Origin: Elusimicrobia bacterium UBA5214
GTDB lineage: Bacteria > Elusimicrobiota > UBA5214
NCBI GenBank assembly: GCA_002412545.1
Contig: DHVG01000001.1
Coordinates: 206,766-270,765 of the forward strand
Direction: 5' to 3'
Length of the DNA stretch: 64,000 nucleotides
The notes beneath the pieces are model-generated. The model saw only the letters and a program-made list of their open reading frames with translations, ran no database searches and was not told the origin of the DNA. Each line of letters opens with the position of its first letter. The stretch's first letter is position 1. The translations under genes were made by a program, and so were the position numbers. Shown piece after piece: positions 7,472 to 16,848 of this stretch.

Positions 7472-9571
7472 CTAACCAATTTCTAAAAGTTGCATACCCT
7501 GTCCGTATTTCCGATAAACAACCGTGCGTAATTCACTCGCGGTGGGTTGCCAGAAATCTTTTTTCAAGAAGACTGATGCAAGTTTGTTTGTCTGTTGGAG
7601 TAATTGGTAATCTCTGAGTGGGTTGCCAATTTTGTATTCCGGTAGACCATGTTGGACAGTACCAAAGAATTCACCCGGTCCGCGCAGTTTTAAATCTTCT
7701 TCAGCAATCCGAAATCCATCAGTTGTAGAGAGCATAATCTCGCGCCGGCGACGGGCTTCTTCAGTTTTTGGTGCACCAAGTAAAATGCAGTATGATTTTT
7801 CTCCTCCTCTACCAATGCGTCCACGCAGTTGATGTAAGGTAGCTAAACCGAAACGGTCAGCATGTTCAATCACCATTATGGTGGCATTAGGGATGTCAAT
7901 TCCTACCTCAATCACGGTGGTGGCAATTAAAATATGGTATTTTTTTTCACGGAAGACAGACATAATTTCTTCTTTTTCTTTACCCGGTAATTGTCCATGA
8001 ATTAAACCTACTCGGTAGTGAAAAAAGATATCTTTTTTTAACCGTTCTGCTTCAGTAGTTGCTGCTTTCAGTTCAAGTTTATCGGATTCTTCAATTAGTG
8101 GATAAACAATGTATGCCTGACGACCATCTGCCACAGTGGATTTGACAAAATTATACGCCTCTGTTTCAGATAAATGTAAGGTCTCAATTTTTTGTCTTCC
8201 CGGTGGTAGTTCGTTAAGTAGAGAAACATCTAAGTCACCATATAAAGTCAGGGCTAAACTACGGGGAATTGGTGTTGCCGTAAGCACAAGGACATCCGGG
8301 TTTTCTCCCTTTTCGCGTATTTGTGCCCTTTGAATTACACCGAAACGATGTTGTTCATCAATGACAACTAATTTTAAATTCCTGAAAGTAACTTTTTTTT
8401 CAAGTAGTGCATGAGTACCAAGAAGAATAGAAATTTCGCCAGTTTTTAATTTTTCCAAAATATTTTTTCTTTCCTTTCTACTTGTTTTACTGGTTAATAA
8501 AGCAAAATTTATTGGTAGACCTCTTAAGAAATGTTTAAAGGTTAAATAATGTTGTTCGGCAAGTATTTCAGTAGGTGCAAGAAAGGCGGATTGGTAGTTA
8601 TTTTCGGTAGCTAAAAGTATTGCCGATAAAGCTACCACTGTTTTACCTGAGCCGACATCACCTTGGAGCAGACGGTTCATTGGAGAAGAAGATTGTAAAT
8701 CATAGAAAATCTCATTGATTACTTTTTTCTGTGTCTTGGTAAAATCAAACCCAAGATTTTTACGGAAAGGTGTAAGCAGGTTTCGTTTTATTTGATAAGT
8801 GTGATGTTTGAATGTTTTCTTAACTTTTTGCCGTTTTAACGCTAAGGCCAATTGAAAAAGAAAAAATTCTTCAAAAACAAGTCGGTGATACGCTTTTTGT
8901 TTTTCAGCAAAATTTTTTGGGAAATGAATTGCTTCTAAAGCATCTCGGTAGGAAAGAAGATTATGACGATTTTTTAAACTTTCAGGTAGAATGTCCTTAG
9001 TAAAAGAAAGATAACTATTTAATGCAGTTCTAACCAATTCACGGAAAAATTCTTCATTTACTCCTTCAGTTAAATGATATAAAGGAACGATTCTTCCCAA
9101 ATGTAAATTTGACTCAGCCGGACTGCCATTCAAAACTTTGCAAATCTCAACACTTAGTTCTTTGTAATTTCCTGCTGTCGGCGGCAATACACTCCCATAA
9201 ACAAGTATTTCCTTACCGCGCTGGATACTTTTTCTTAATTTACTGAATACATCATAATGAGGATTATCTCTTTTAAACCAAAGAGCATAAACTATACCCG
9301 TTTGGTCAGAAACAGCGACTTTAAATATTTTTAACCGTTTTTGAGTATGCAGAATATCTAATAATTCAACCCGTCCCCGAATGAGAACTTTTTCTCCAGG
9401 TTTTGCTTCCCCAATTAAGACAATTCGTGAACGGTCTTCCCAGTCACGAGGAAAATAAGTTATTAGGTCATTAGTTGTTTGAATCCCTAATCTTTTCAAA
9501 AGTTTAGCTCGTCTTGGTCCAACACCTTTAATAAATTGCACATCAGTATCTAAAAGATTCTTTGTTTGCAT
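7472..9571 (-). CDS. recG: ATP-dependent DNA helicase RecG
   Basis: N-terminal wedge region (IKGVGPRRAKLLKRLGIQTTNDLITYFPRDWEDR). Helicase motifs GDVGSGKT, VIDEQHRFG, and LRGRIGRG. Confidence 0.9.
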   Translation of the reverse strand: MQTKNLLDTDVQFIKGVGPRRAKLLKRLGIQTTNDLITYFPRDWEDRSRIVLIGEAKPGEKVLIRGRVELLDILHTQKRLKIFKVAVSDQTGIVYALWFKRDNPHYDVFSKLRKSIQRGKEILVYGSVLPPTAGNYKELSVEICKVLNGSPAESNLHLGRIVPLYHLTEGVNEEFFRELVRTALNSYLSFTKDILPESLKNRHNLLSYRDALEAIHFPKNFAEKQKAYHRLVFEEFFLFQLALALKRQKVKKTFKHHTYQIKRNLLTPFRKNLGFDFTKTQKKVINEIFYDLQSSSPMNRLLQGDVGSGKTVVALSAILLATENNYQSAFLAPTEILAEQHYLTFKHFLRGLPINFALLTSKTSRKERKNILEKLKTGEISILLGTHALLEKKVTFRNLKLVVIDEQHRFGVIQRAQIREKGENPDVLVLTATPIPRSLALTLYGDLDVSLLNELPPGRQKIETLHLSETEAYNFVKSTVADGRQAYIVYPLIEESDKLELKAATTEAERLKKDIFFHYRVGLIHGQLPGKEKEEIMSVFREKKYHILIATTVIEVGIDIPNATIMVIEHADRFGLATLHQLRGRIGRGGEKSYCILLGAPKTEEARRRREIMLSTTDGFRIAEEDLKLRGPGEFFGTVQHGLPEYKIGNPLRDYQLLQQTNKLASVFLKKDFWQPTASELRTVVYRKYGQGMQLLEIG

Positions 9572-9649
9572 TTTTTCTTAAAGTATGCTATTATTACTAC
9601 AATGTCAAATGTCAAAGCCCAAATAACAAATGAAATCCAAATCTGATAA

Positions 9650-9692
9650 ATCCAAATGTCAAAATCCCAATTCCAAAATTTGACATTTGGAT
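9650..9692. repeat. Near-perfect 16-bp inverted repeat (ATCCAAATGTCAAAAT / ATTTTGACATTTGGAT) in the recG-rpmB intergenic region, preceded by direct TGTCAAA repeats
   Basis: Read directly from the sequence. Lies between the divergent recG (minus) and rpmB (plus) starts. Confidence 0.6.
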
Positions 9693-9750
9693 TTCCTTTG
9701 ATATTTGAGCTTTGGAATTTGTTTTTTTTCGCATTAAAGGAGAAAAGATT

Positions 9751-9942
9751 ATGTCTTTCAAATGTATTATCTGTGGTAAAAAACCAACTGCTGGCAAATC
9801 AGTAAGTCATTCCCATAAAGCAAGCCGTCGTTGGTTTCGCCCGAATTTGCAGAAGATGAAAATTTCTTTTAAGGGTAAGGTTTGTCATGCCTATGTTTGC
9901 ACTTCTTGTCTGCGTTTAGGTAAAGTACAAAAAGTCATTTAG
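9751..9942 (+). CDS. rpmB: 50S ribosomal protein L28 (the track ORF 9712..9942 starts too early; the real start is MSFKC at 9751)
   Basis: MSFKCIICGKKPTAGKSVSHSHKASRRWFRPNLQK matches the L28 signature. An AAAGGAGAAAAG ribosome-binding site lies upstream of 9751. Confidence 0.85.
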   Translation: MSFKCIICGKKPTAGKSVSHSHKASRRWFRPNLQKMKISFKGKVCHAYVCTSCLRLGKVQKVI

Positions 9943-9951
9943 TGATGCGAT

Positions 9952-11673
9952 TCAAACAGAATCCCACAATTGCAACTGATAAAGTCGCCTATAAGTATGA
10001 CATTTCTCCAGTAATTCTTCATGTTTTCCTGAAGCAACAATCACACCCCGGTCAAGAACAATAATCTTATTTGCTTTTTTTATCGTTGAAAGACGGTGAG
10101 CAATAACTAAAGTTGTCCGGTTTTCCATCAGACGGTCTAATGCTTCGTAGACCAGTTTTTCCGTTTCCGGGTCAAGAGCAGAAGTTGCTTCATCAAGAAT
10201 CAGAATTGGTGGGTTTTTTAGTACTGCCCGGGCAATGGCAATCCGTTGTCTCTCCCCCCCGGAGAGCATTATCCCCCGCTCTCCGATGATTGTATTATAT
10301 CCTTGTGGAAGTGTAAGAATAAAATCGTGGACATTGGCAATTTTTGCCGCTTGGAAAATTTCGTTTTCAGTTGCTTCTGGTTTAGCGTAGGCAATATTGT
10401 TCCTTACGGTGTTGTTAAAAAGGATTACCTCCTGCATCACTATCCCGATTTGTTCTCTTAGAGATTTTAAATTTAGTTCACCAGTTTCATCCCCGTCAAT
10501 ATAAATTTTACCTTTTTGCGGAATATAGAATCTGGGAAGTAAATTTACTAAAGTAGTTTTTCCTGCCCCCGAAGGTCCAACTAAAGCGACAATTTCTCCT
10601 TGTTTGACGGTTAGATTGATATCTTGCAGTACATAATCTCTGCCATTATAGGCAAATCCCACATTTTGATAAAGAATTTCTTCTTTGAAAGGAGGTAAAA
10701 TTTTTGCCTCTTTTGGTTCTAACACAGTAGGTTTTTCGTCAAGGAGAGAAAAAATACGTTCACTGGCGGCGAGTGCTTGTTGTAAAATAGGGTTAAAATT
10801 AGAGAAATTTCTAATTGGTTGGTAAGTGGAGAGAACTGCACCGAGAAAAGCAAAAAATGCACCTGGTTTCCAGAAACCCATAATTACATCATAACCACCA
10901 TAAAGAAGGATAAAACTCGCCGCAATTGCTCCTAAGAATTCCATCACCGGACTGGACAACACTTCAACTCTAATGAAACGCACAATAATCTTGAAAAAAC
11001 TATCATTTTCTTTACGGAAATGTTCAATTTCTTTTTCTTCTTGACCGAATGACTTTACTACACTTATCCCGAAGACCAATTCTTGAATCAAAGCGTAAAG
11101 GTCAGACATCTTTTCCTGTCCTAAACGGCTTATCTTGCGCATTTTTCGGGAAAATTCTCTTAAAGGATATAGAGAAAGAGGAAAGACAACCAAACTGATC
11201 AGCGCAAATTTCCAATGTAAGTAAAAAAGTAAACCGACCAAAAAAATTAGAGTTAAACTATCGCGCACCAAAGTTGCTGGAATATTAATTAAAGCCGTTT
11301 CTAAAAGTTTTACATCATTAGTCAAACGAGAAATAATTCTTCCGGTAGAACTCTTATCATAAAAATCAAAAGAAAGTGTCTGTAAATGGGTAAAAAGTTC
11401 ATTACGGATATCTCGGGTAATTTTCTGAGCGATATAGTTCATCAAATAATTCTGAAAATAAACAAATAAACCCTTAAATAAATAAAGAATCGGAATAATA
11501 ATTACTAACCGAATCAATAGGAGTGAGTTTTTAGCAATCAGAGCATTATCAACTACTGTCTTTAATAACCACATTGATGCGGTAGTTAGACCAGCGACAC
11601 CCGCCATACAAACTAATGCCTGAATGAATTTTATCCGATAAGGATAAAAATATTTAATTAACCGTTTATACAT
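9952..11673 (-). CDS. msbA: ABC exporter with fused permease and ATPase, probably lipid A flippase MsbA
   Basis: Six-TM N-terminal domain plus Walker A (GPSGAGKTT), signature LSGGERQRIAIARA, and Walker B ILILDEATS. Overlaps lpxB in an lpx cluster. Confidence 0.7.
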   Translation of the reverse strand: MYKRLIKYFYPYRIKFIQALVCMAGVAGLTTASMWLLKTVVDNALIAKNSLLLIRLVIIIPILYLFKGLFVYFQNYLMNYIAQKITRDIRNELFTHLQTLSFDFYDKSSTGRIISRLTNDVKLLETALINIPATLVRDSLTLIFLVGLLFYLHWKFALISLVVFPLSLYPLREFSRKMRKISRLGQEKMSDLYALIQELVFGISVVKSFGQEEKEIEHFRKENDSFFKIIVRFIRVEVLSSPVMEFLGAIAASFILLYGGYDVIMGFWKPGAFFAFLGAVLSTYQPIRNFSNFNPILQQALAASERIFSLLDEKPTVLEPKEAKILPPFKEEILYQNVGFAYNGRDYVLQDINLTVKQGEIVALVGPSGAGKTTLVNLLPRFYIPQKGKIYIDGDETGELNLKSLREQIGIVMQEVILFNNTVRNNIAYAKPEATENEIFQAAKIANVHDFILTLPQGYNTIIGERGIMLSGGERQRIAIARAVLKNPPILILDEATSALDPETEKLVYEALDRLMENRTTLVIAHRLSTIKKANKIIVLDRGVIVASGKHEELLEKCHTYRRLYQLQLWDSV

Positions 11674-12800
11674 TTCTTTATTTCTTCAGCGATAAGTTTA
11701 GCAACACCGGGTTGACCTGCCTCCTCGGCAGGACGAGAAGGACTGCCTAATTTTTTACGCAGGTCAATCAATTCTTGATGTATTTTCTGCCATTCTTGCG
11801 GATTATTCAACCAAGATTCAGCTTTTTCTACAATTTTTTCAGTTTTTATTTTATGCTGAATGAATTCGGGAAAAAGATTTTTGCCAGAAATTATATTCAC
11901 CAATCCGATATAAGGAACTTTTACCAAACTGCGCGCAACAAGATAAAAAAACCAGGTCGTTTTGTAAATGATTATCGTCGGAATACCAAGCAGGGCATTT
12001 TCTAAAGTTGCTGTGCCGGAACAGGCAAAAGCAATCCTAAATTTTTTTCGTTCTTCATAATTTTCATCGTTGACTAAAGAAATATCAACCGGACTTGTTT
12101 TCACCATTTCTTGCAAATAATCAATCGGCATATTTTTTGTCCAAGGAAGAAAAAATCTACTCTCCGGAAATTTTTCTTTAATCATTTTAGCAAGGTTAAA
12201 AAGTAAAGGCAAATGTCGAGAAATGACTGATTTACGACTACCCGGGAGAAGACCGATGTGGCAGTTAATAGTTGATAGTTGATGGTTGATAGCAGGAACA
12301 ATATCAAGTAAGGGGTGACCAAAGAAAACCGTATCTACCCCGGCATCTTGATAAATTTCTTCTTCAAAAGGTAAAATTACAATCATTTTATCAATACACC
12401 GGGCTAATTTTTTTACTCTCCCCGGACGGCTTGCCCAGACCTGTGGACTGATATAATAAATTACCGGGATATTCCGTTTTTTTGCTTCCCGGGCAAGATG
12501 AATATTGAACCCGTAGAAATCAATCGGAATTACACAATCCGGTCTTTCTGCATCAAGGAATTTCAGTACTACCTCTTGGAAAATTCTCCGGAAAAAGAAA
12601 TAATTTTTTATACTGTCTCCTAATCCGAATACTGCTAACTCAACTAAATTGTAAAGAAATTGGTCAGAAACCGACGAGAGATGTAAACCACCCAAAGAAG
12701 AAATTTTTATTTCCGGTAAAATTTTTTTCAATTCCTTAACTAAATTTGCACCATGTAAATCCGCTGAAGTGTCACCAGCTACTAACAGAATTTTTTTCAT
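11658..12800 (-). CDS. lpxB: Lipid-A-disaccharide synthase LpxB
   Basis: N-terminal MKKILLVAGDTSADLHGANLVKEL matches the LpxB (GT19) family. Carries an in-frame AGTTGAT heptamer repeat at 12265-12293. Confidence 0.85.
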   Translation of the reverse strand: MKKILLVAGDTSADLHGANLVKELKKILPEIKISSLGGLHLSSVSDQFLYNLVELAVFGLGDSIKNYFFFRRIFQEVVLKFLDAERPDCVIPIDFYGFNIHLAREAKKRNIPVIYYISPQVWASRPGRVKKLARCIDKMIVILPFEEEIYQDAGVDTVFFGHPLLDIVPAINHQLSTINCHIGLLPGSRKSVISRHLPLLFNLAKMIKEKFPESRFFLPWTKNMPIDYLQEMVKTSPVDISLVNDENYEERKKFRIAFACSGTATLENALLGIPTIIIYKTTWFFYLVARSLVKVPYIGLVNIISGKNLFPEFIQHKIKTEKIVEKAESWLNNPQEWQKIHQELIDLRKKLGSPSRPAEEAGQPGVAKLIAEEIKKCING

Positions 12801-13747
12801 TACACTGTTTTGATTTTCTTAAGGATTTCCAAACCAAGTTCTAAAGCGTCACGCCCATGTTCACCGGTGACTAAAGGTTTTTTCCCTTCCTGAACACATT
12901 CAATAAAATGACTTAATTCTTTTTCTAAAGGTTCATATTTTTCTAATTTCGGACTGATTACTTGAATATCTTTAAGGGACTTTACCACGGAGAATTTTTT
13001 TTGATAAATTTTGATTCGTTTTTCTTGATAATCTAAAGAAATATAAGAATCCGGTTGGAATATTCTTATCTTCCGAAAGGGGGCCAGGGAAATACGACTT
13101 GCCGAAAGGTCAGCAACACAACCGTTCTCAAATTTTATTCTTACATTAGCAATGTCCTCATGTTCGCTAAATACCGAAGTTCCCAAAGCATCTAATTCTC
13201 TTATTTTTGAGTCTACCAGAGATAATACGATATCTAAATCATGAATCATCAAATCAAGGACAACACCGATATGACTCACTCGCGGGTCGTAAGGACCAAG
13301 TCGTCTACTCTCAATATATTTTGGTTCGTGGATATACTTTCTTGCGGCGATGACTGCCGGATTAAATCTTTCAATATGTCCAATTTGGAGAATTACATTT
13401 TTTTCTTTTCCTAAATCAAGTATTTCTTCGGCATCTTCAAGATTGTCAGTAATTGGTTTTTCAATTAAACAATGAATTGAATAAGAAATAAAATCTTTAC
13501 TTATCGGGTAATGTGTTGGTGTAGGTGTAGCAATGGTTACGGCATCAACTAAGCCCAAGATTTTTTGGTAATCTGTATAAGATAAAGTGTGATAAAGAGA
13601 GGCGATTTTTTTTGCGCGTTCGGGAAGAATATCAACTACCGCGGTTAGTTCTACATTAGTATTTTTTGAGAGGATACGAGCATGGTGTTGTCCTAATTTT
13701 CCTACACCAATGACTGCTACTTTAAGTTTCTTCATCCTTCGGTTCAC
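12800..13747 (-). CDS. Gfo/Idh/MocA-family NAD-dependent oxidoreductase (lpx-cluster associated)
   Basis: N-terminal Rossmann motif LKVAVIGVGKLGQHHARIL and the EKP motif (CLIEKPIT). Confidence 0.7.
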   Translation of the reverse strand: MNRRMKKLKVAVIGVGKLGQHHARILSKNTNVELTAVVDILPERAKKIASLYHTLSYTDYQKILGLVDAVTIATPTPTHYPISKDFISYSIHCLIEKPITDNLEDAEEILDLGKEKNVILQIGHIERFNPAVIAARKYIHEPKYIESRRLGPYDPRVSHIGVVLDLMIHDLDIVLSLVDSKIRELDALGTSVFSEHEDIANVRIKFENGCVADLSASRISLAPFRKIRIFQPDSYISLDYQEKRIKIYQKKFSVVKSLKDIQVISPKLEKYEPLEKELSHFIECVQEGKKPLVTGEHGRDALELGLEILKKIKTV

Positions 13748-13792
13748 TCAGGATGACCCTTCAGGGTGAACCCTGAATTTGTTGAAGGGTCA

Positions 13793-14605
13793 TTAGATAC
13801 ACACAACCGATAAATTATTCTTTTCTGCTTCTTTTAGAAATTTTTCTTTCTCCAGAATAAGTGTTTTTTTTGCTTCACAAACTAAAACTCGTGCTTTTAC
13901 TTTTTTTAAAATTTTTAGTGTCTTGAGACCAACTACCGGAGGGTCAAAACGCATTTCCTGTTTTGGTCTCGCAACTTTGACTACAATAAGACCATTGTTA
14001 TTTATTCTACCCGCACGTTCAATACATTTATCTGTTCCTTCCATTGCCTCAACGGCAATTACCGCTTTATCTTTGACGACTACAGTTTGACCAATATCTA
14101 AACCGGCGAGCATTTTAGCGATTTTGTAGCCGAATTTGATATCTGCCCATTCTCTTTCAGTTGGTTCTAACTTAGTCAATGTCCCACCTGAAGCAAGAAA
14201 AGGTTTAAGAAAAACCGTCGGAGAGATAACTTCAATTCCTTTTCCCGCAAGAATCTTTGTTGCTGCTTTAATTAAGGTTGTTGCTTTTTTATCTTTTAGA
14301 TTATTCCACAATTCTTTCGTTTTTTGGTCAAATTGCCAAGGGTTAAAGATATAACTATGTTTAATTGCACCTAACAGCACTACCTTTTTTACGTTTTCTT
14401 TTTGTAAAAAATGGGCAATTTCTTCCCAACGGTCTAATTCTGCCCAATGGATTGAGTCAACTACTTTGGTTAATCTCGGGTCAGTAATACCCTTGAAGCC
14501 AATGGCACTGATTTCACATTTATTCTTCACTTTCTGAGCAAAAAGGAGCGGCAATTTACCTTCCCCAGCAATTAAACCAATGAAATTTGTTGGTGAATTA
14601 GCCAT
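13793..14605 (-). CDS. lpxI: UDP-2,3-diacylglucosamine hydrolase LpxI (DUF1009 family)
   Basis: N-terminal IGLIAGEGKLPLLFA is typical of LpxI. Size about 270 aa. Sits between lpxA and lpxB. Confidence 0.65.
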   Translation of the reverse strand: MANSPTNFIGLIAGEGKLPLLFAQKVKNKCEISAIGFKGITDPRLTKVVDSIHWAELDRWEEIAHFLQKENVKKVVLLGAIKHSYIFNPWQFDQKTKELWNNLKDKKATTLIKAATKILAGKGIEVISPTVFLKPFLASGGTLTKLEPTEREWADIKFGYKIAKMLAGLDIGQTVVVKDKAVIAVEAMEGTDKCIERAGRINNNGLIVVKVARPKQEMRFDPPVVGLKTLKILKKVKARVLVCEAKKTLILEKEKFLKEAEKNNLSVVCI

Positions 14606-14611
14606 TTATTT

Positions 14612-15379
14612 TTAGCGACAGAAACCACGGTTACTTGTTTTAAGAAAATCAACAAGATATTTTACTTCTCGGTTATTCAACTGTTGTTCTATTTTTTCTA
14701 CCGCTTCTTTGAACATTAATTTTGAACGGAAAAGAATCCGATATGCTTTTTTTAAAGCGATAATTGTCTCTCGGCTATATCCCCGTCTGTGTAAACCAAT
14801 TACGTTCAGTCCGTAAAGTTTCACCCGGTCACCACAAGCTTGCATGAATGGTGGCACATCTAAAGTAACCATCGCCCCGCCACCAAGCATTACTAATTTT
14901 CCAATCCGGACAAACTGATGTACGGCAACTAATCCGCCAAGTACTGCATAATCCCCAACTTGCACATGTCCACCTAAAGTAGCGTTATTTGCCATAATTA
15001 CTTCGTCACCGATTACGCAATCATGAGCAATATGTGCGTAAGCCATCAAAAAACAGCGTTTACCAATTTTTGTTTCACCTTTCATTGCTGTTCCGCGGTT
15101 TATGGTTACATATTCACGAATAAGTGTTTCATCAGCGATTGTAAGACGTGTTTTTTCGTTACGATATTTCCAATCCTGCGGTGGTGTCCCCAGAATTGCA
15201 CCCGTATAAATTTGACAATTTTCACCAATTTGTGTTTCACCTTCAATATGCACATAAGGACCAATCTTTGTCCCCCGTCCAATTTTTACATTCTCAGAAA
15301 TTACCACATAGGGACCAATTTCTACATCCGGTCCAATTTGTGTTTCCGGATGAACAATTGCCGTTGGATGAATTTTCAT
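14612..15379 (-). CDS. lpxA: UDP-N-acetylglucosamine O-acyltransferase LpxA (the track ORF extends to 15406; the likely true start is MKIHPTAIVHP at 15379)
   Basis: Left-handed beta-helix hexapeptide repeats and the N-terminal IHPTAIV motif. An SD-like GGAAGAAAGAG sits upstream of the internal ATG. Confidence 0.85.
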   Translation of the reverse strand: MKIHPTAIVHPETQIGPDVEIGPYVVISENVKIGRGTKIGPYVHIEGETQIGENCQIYTGAILGTPPQDWKYRNEKTRLTIADETLIREYVTINRGTAMKGETKIGKRCFLMAYAHIAHDCVIGDEVIMANNATLGGHVQVGDYAVLGGLVAVHQFVRIGKLVMLGGGAMVTLDVPPFMQACGDRVKLYGLNVIGLHRRGYSRETIIALKKAYRILFRSKLMFKEAVEKIEQQLNNREVKYLVDFLKTSNRGFCR

Positions 15380-15390
15380 CTCTTTCTTCC

Positions 15391-15537
15391 CGCACCTTTC
15401 AGACATCCAACGATTTTTTTAAGTTAGTTATGAATAAGTTAGAAAATATTAAAAGGTAAAAATCAGTATCTAAAAGCACGCAGAGGATAACTTTATCGTT
15501 GGGAAGAAACTAAAACTGACTATGTCTGAAAGGTGCG
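15391..15537. promoter_or_regulatory. Long-range perfect 16-nt inverted repeat (CGCACCTTTCAGACAT at 15391-15406 and ATGTCTGAAAGGTGCG at 15522-15537) bracketing the lpxC/fabZ-lpxA intergenic region
   Basis: Read directly from the sequence. The first arm covers the SD region of lpxA on the minus-strand transcript. Confidence 0.5.
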
Positions 15538-15549
15538 AGATCTCCTCCT

Positions 15550-16848
15550 TTATTTATTTACTAAGTAGAACATAAATTCTGCTTCCGCAACTAAGCGACC
15601 GTTAACATAAGCATTTCCTTTAACTTTGCCACCTTTTTCTCGTGCTCGTAGAACTTCAATTTGTAATTCTAAAAGGTCACCCGGATATACCGGTTGACGA
15701 AATTTTGCATCATTAATACTCATAAAGTAAGCAAGTTTTTCACTATGTTCAGGATGAGCAAGGAATAATACACAGGAAGTTTGTGCCATTGCTTCCACAA
15801 CTAAGACACCAGGCATAATTGGTCTTCCCGGGAAATGTCCCTGGAAAAAGTCCTCTTTTCCGGTGAGGTGTTTGTATCCAACGGCTTTTATTCGGTTCGT
15901 AATTGTTACTTGGTCAAGAAAAAGAAAAGGATACCGATGGGGGATAACTTTTTTTATTTCTTCATGGTTTAAAGTTCGTCCTTCTACTTGGGGAAAGTCA
16001 ATTTTTTTCGTCTGTAAAGTTTCAGTAAGTAATTTGGTAAAGGCAATATTGTGACTATGTCCACAACGAATAGCAATAATCTCCGCTTTCAGAGGCCCCC
16101 CGAGAAGATACAAATCACCAAGTAAATCAAGAATTTTATGACGCACAAATTCATCAGCAAAACGTAAACTTTTTTCTTTATTATGGATACGGTCCATACC
16201 AATTACTACCGCATTATCTAAACTTCCACCCTTTGCTAATCCTTTTTTCTTTAAAGATTCAATTTCATAGTCAAAACAGAAAGTTCTTGCGGAGGATAAC
16301 TCTTTCTTAAAGGTCTCCGCGGTAATCAAAAAAGATGCATATTGGCTTTTTAACATTGGATGATGATAGTCAATAGTGCAGGAAATTCTCAAATTTTCAC
16401 TTGGGAAAGCAATCAATTCAGTCTCATCTTGGACATAATGCAAAGGTTGAAGAAGAGTAAAATATTTTTTTTCTGCTTCTTGTTCAATAAGACCAGCTTT
16501 TTCCAAAATCTGCACGAAAGGTAATACTGAACCATCAGCAACCGGTGGTTCATTAGTATTAATTTCAATGATTAAATTATCGATTCCTAAACCATAAAAA
16601 GTTGCTAAAAGATGTTCCGTAGTGTGAATACGAACATCATCGTTACCGAGGGTAGTTCCCCGAATTACCCCAAGTACATTTTTGGAGTTCATTTCAATTA
16701 TGGGTTTATCCGGTAAATCTACCCGGATAAATTTTATTCCCGAGTTTACCGGTGCAGGTTTAAAAACTACTGTGCTTAGACTACCTGTATGTAAAGAAAT
16801 ACCCGTATAAGAAATTTCTTTAGCGATAGTTTTTTGTCTTTCACTCAT
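15550..16848 (-). CDS. lpxC-fabZ: Bifunctional LpxC (UDP-3-O-acyl-GlcNAc deacetylase) / FabZ (3-hydroxyacyl-ACP dehydratase) fusion
   Basis: N-terminal LpxC features (YTGISLHTGSLSTVVFKPAP, HHP, HSHN motifs). C-terminal FabZ hot-dog features (HRYPFLFLD...GHFPGRPIMPGVLVVEAMAQ). Confidence 0.85.
   Translation of the reverse strand: MSERQKTIAKEISYTGISLHTGSLSTVVFKPAPVNSGIKFIRVDLPDKPIIEMNSKNVLGVIRGTTLGNDDVRIHTTEHLLATFYGLGIDNLIIEINTNEPPVADGSVLPFVQILEKAGLIEQEAEKKYFTLLQPLHYVQDETELIAFPSENLRISCTIDYHHPMLKSQYASFLITAETFKKELSSARTFCFDYEIESLKKKGLAKGGSLDNAVVIGMDRIHNKEKSLRFADEFVRHKILDLLGDLYLLGGPLKAEIIAIRCGHSHNIAFTKLLTETLQTKKIDFPQVEGRTLNHEEIKKVIPHRYPFLFLDQVTITNRIKAVGYKHLTGKEDFFQGHFPGRPIMPGVLVVEAMAQTSCVLFLAHPEHSEKLAYFMSINDAKFRQPVYPGDLLELQIEVLRAREKGGKVKGNAYVNGRLVAEAEFMFYLVNK

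Noticed and set aside
15023-15459. Plus-strand ORFs (134 and 103 aa) antisense to lpxA
   Set aside because: They are Cys/Phe-rich low-complexity translations of the antisense of a hexapeptide-repeat gene. This is typical of spurious antisense ORFs.
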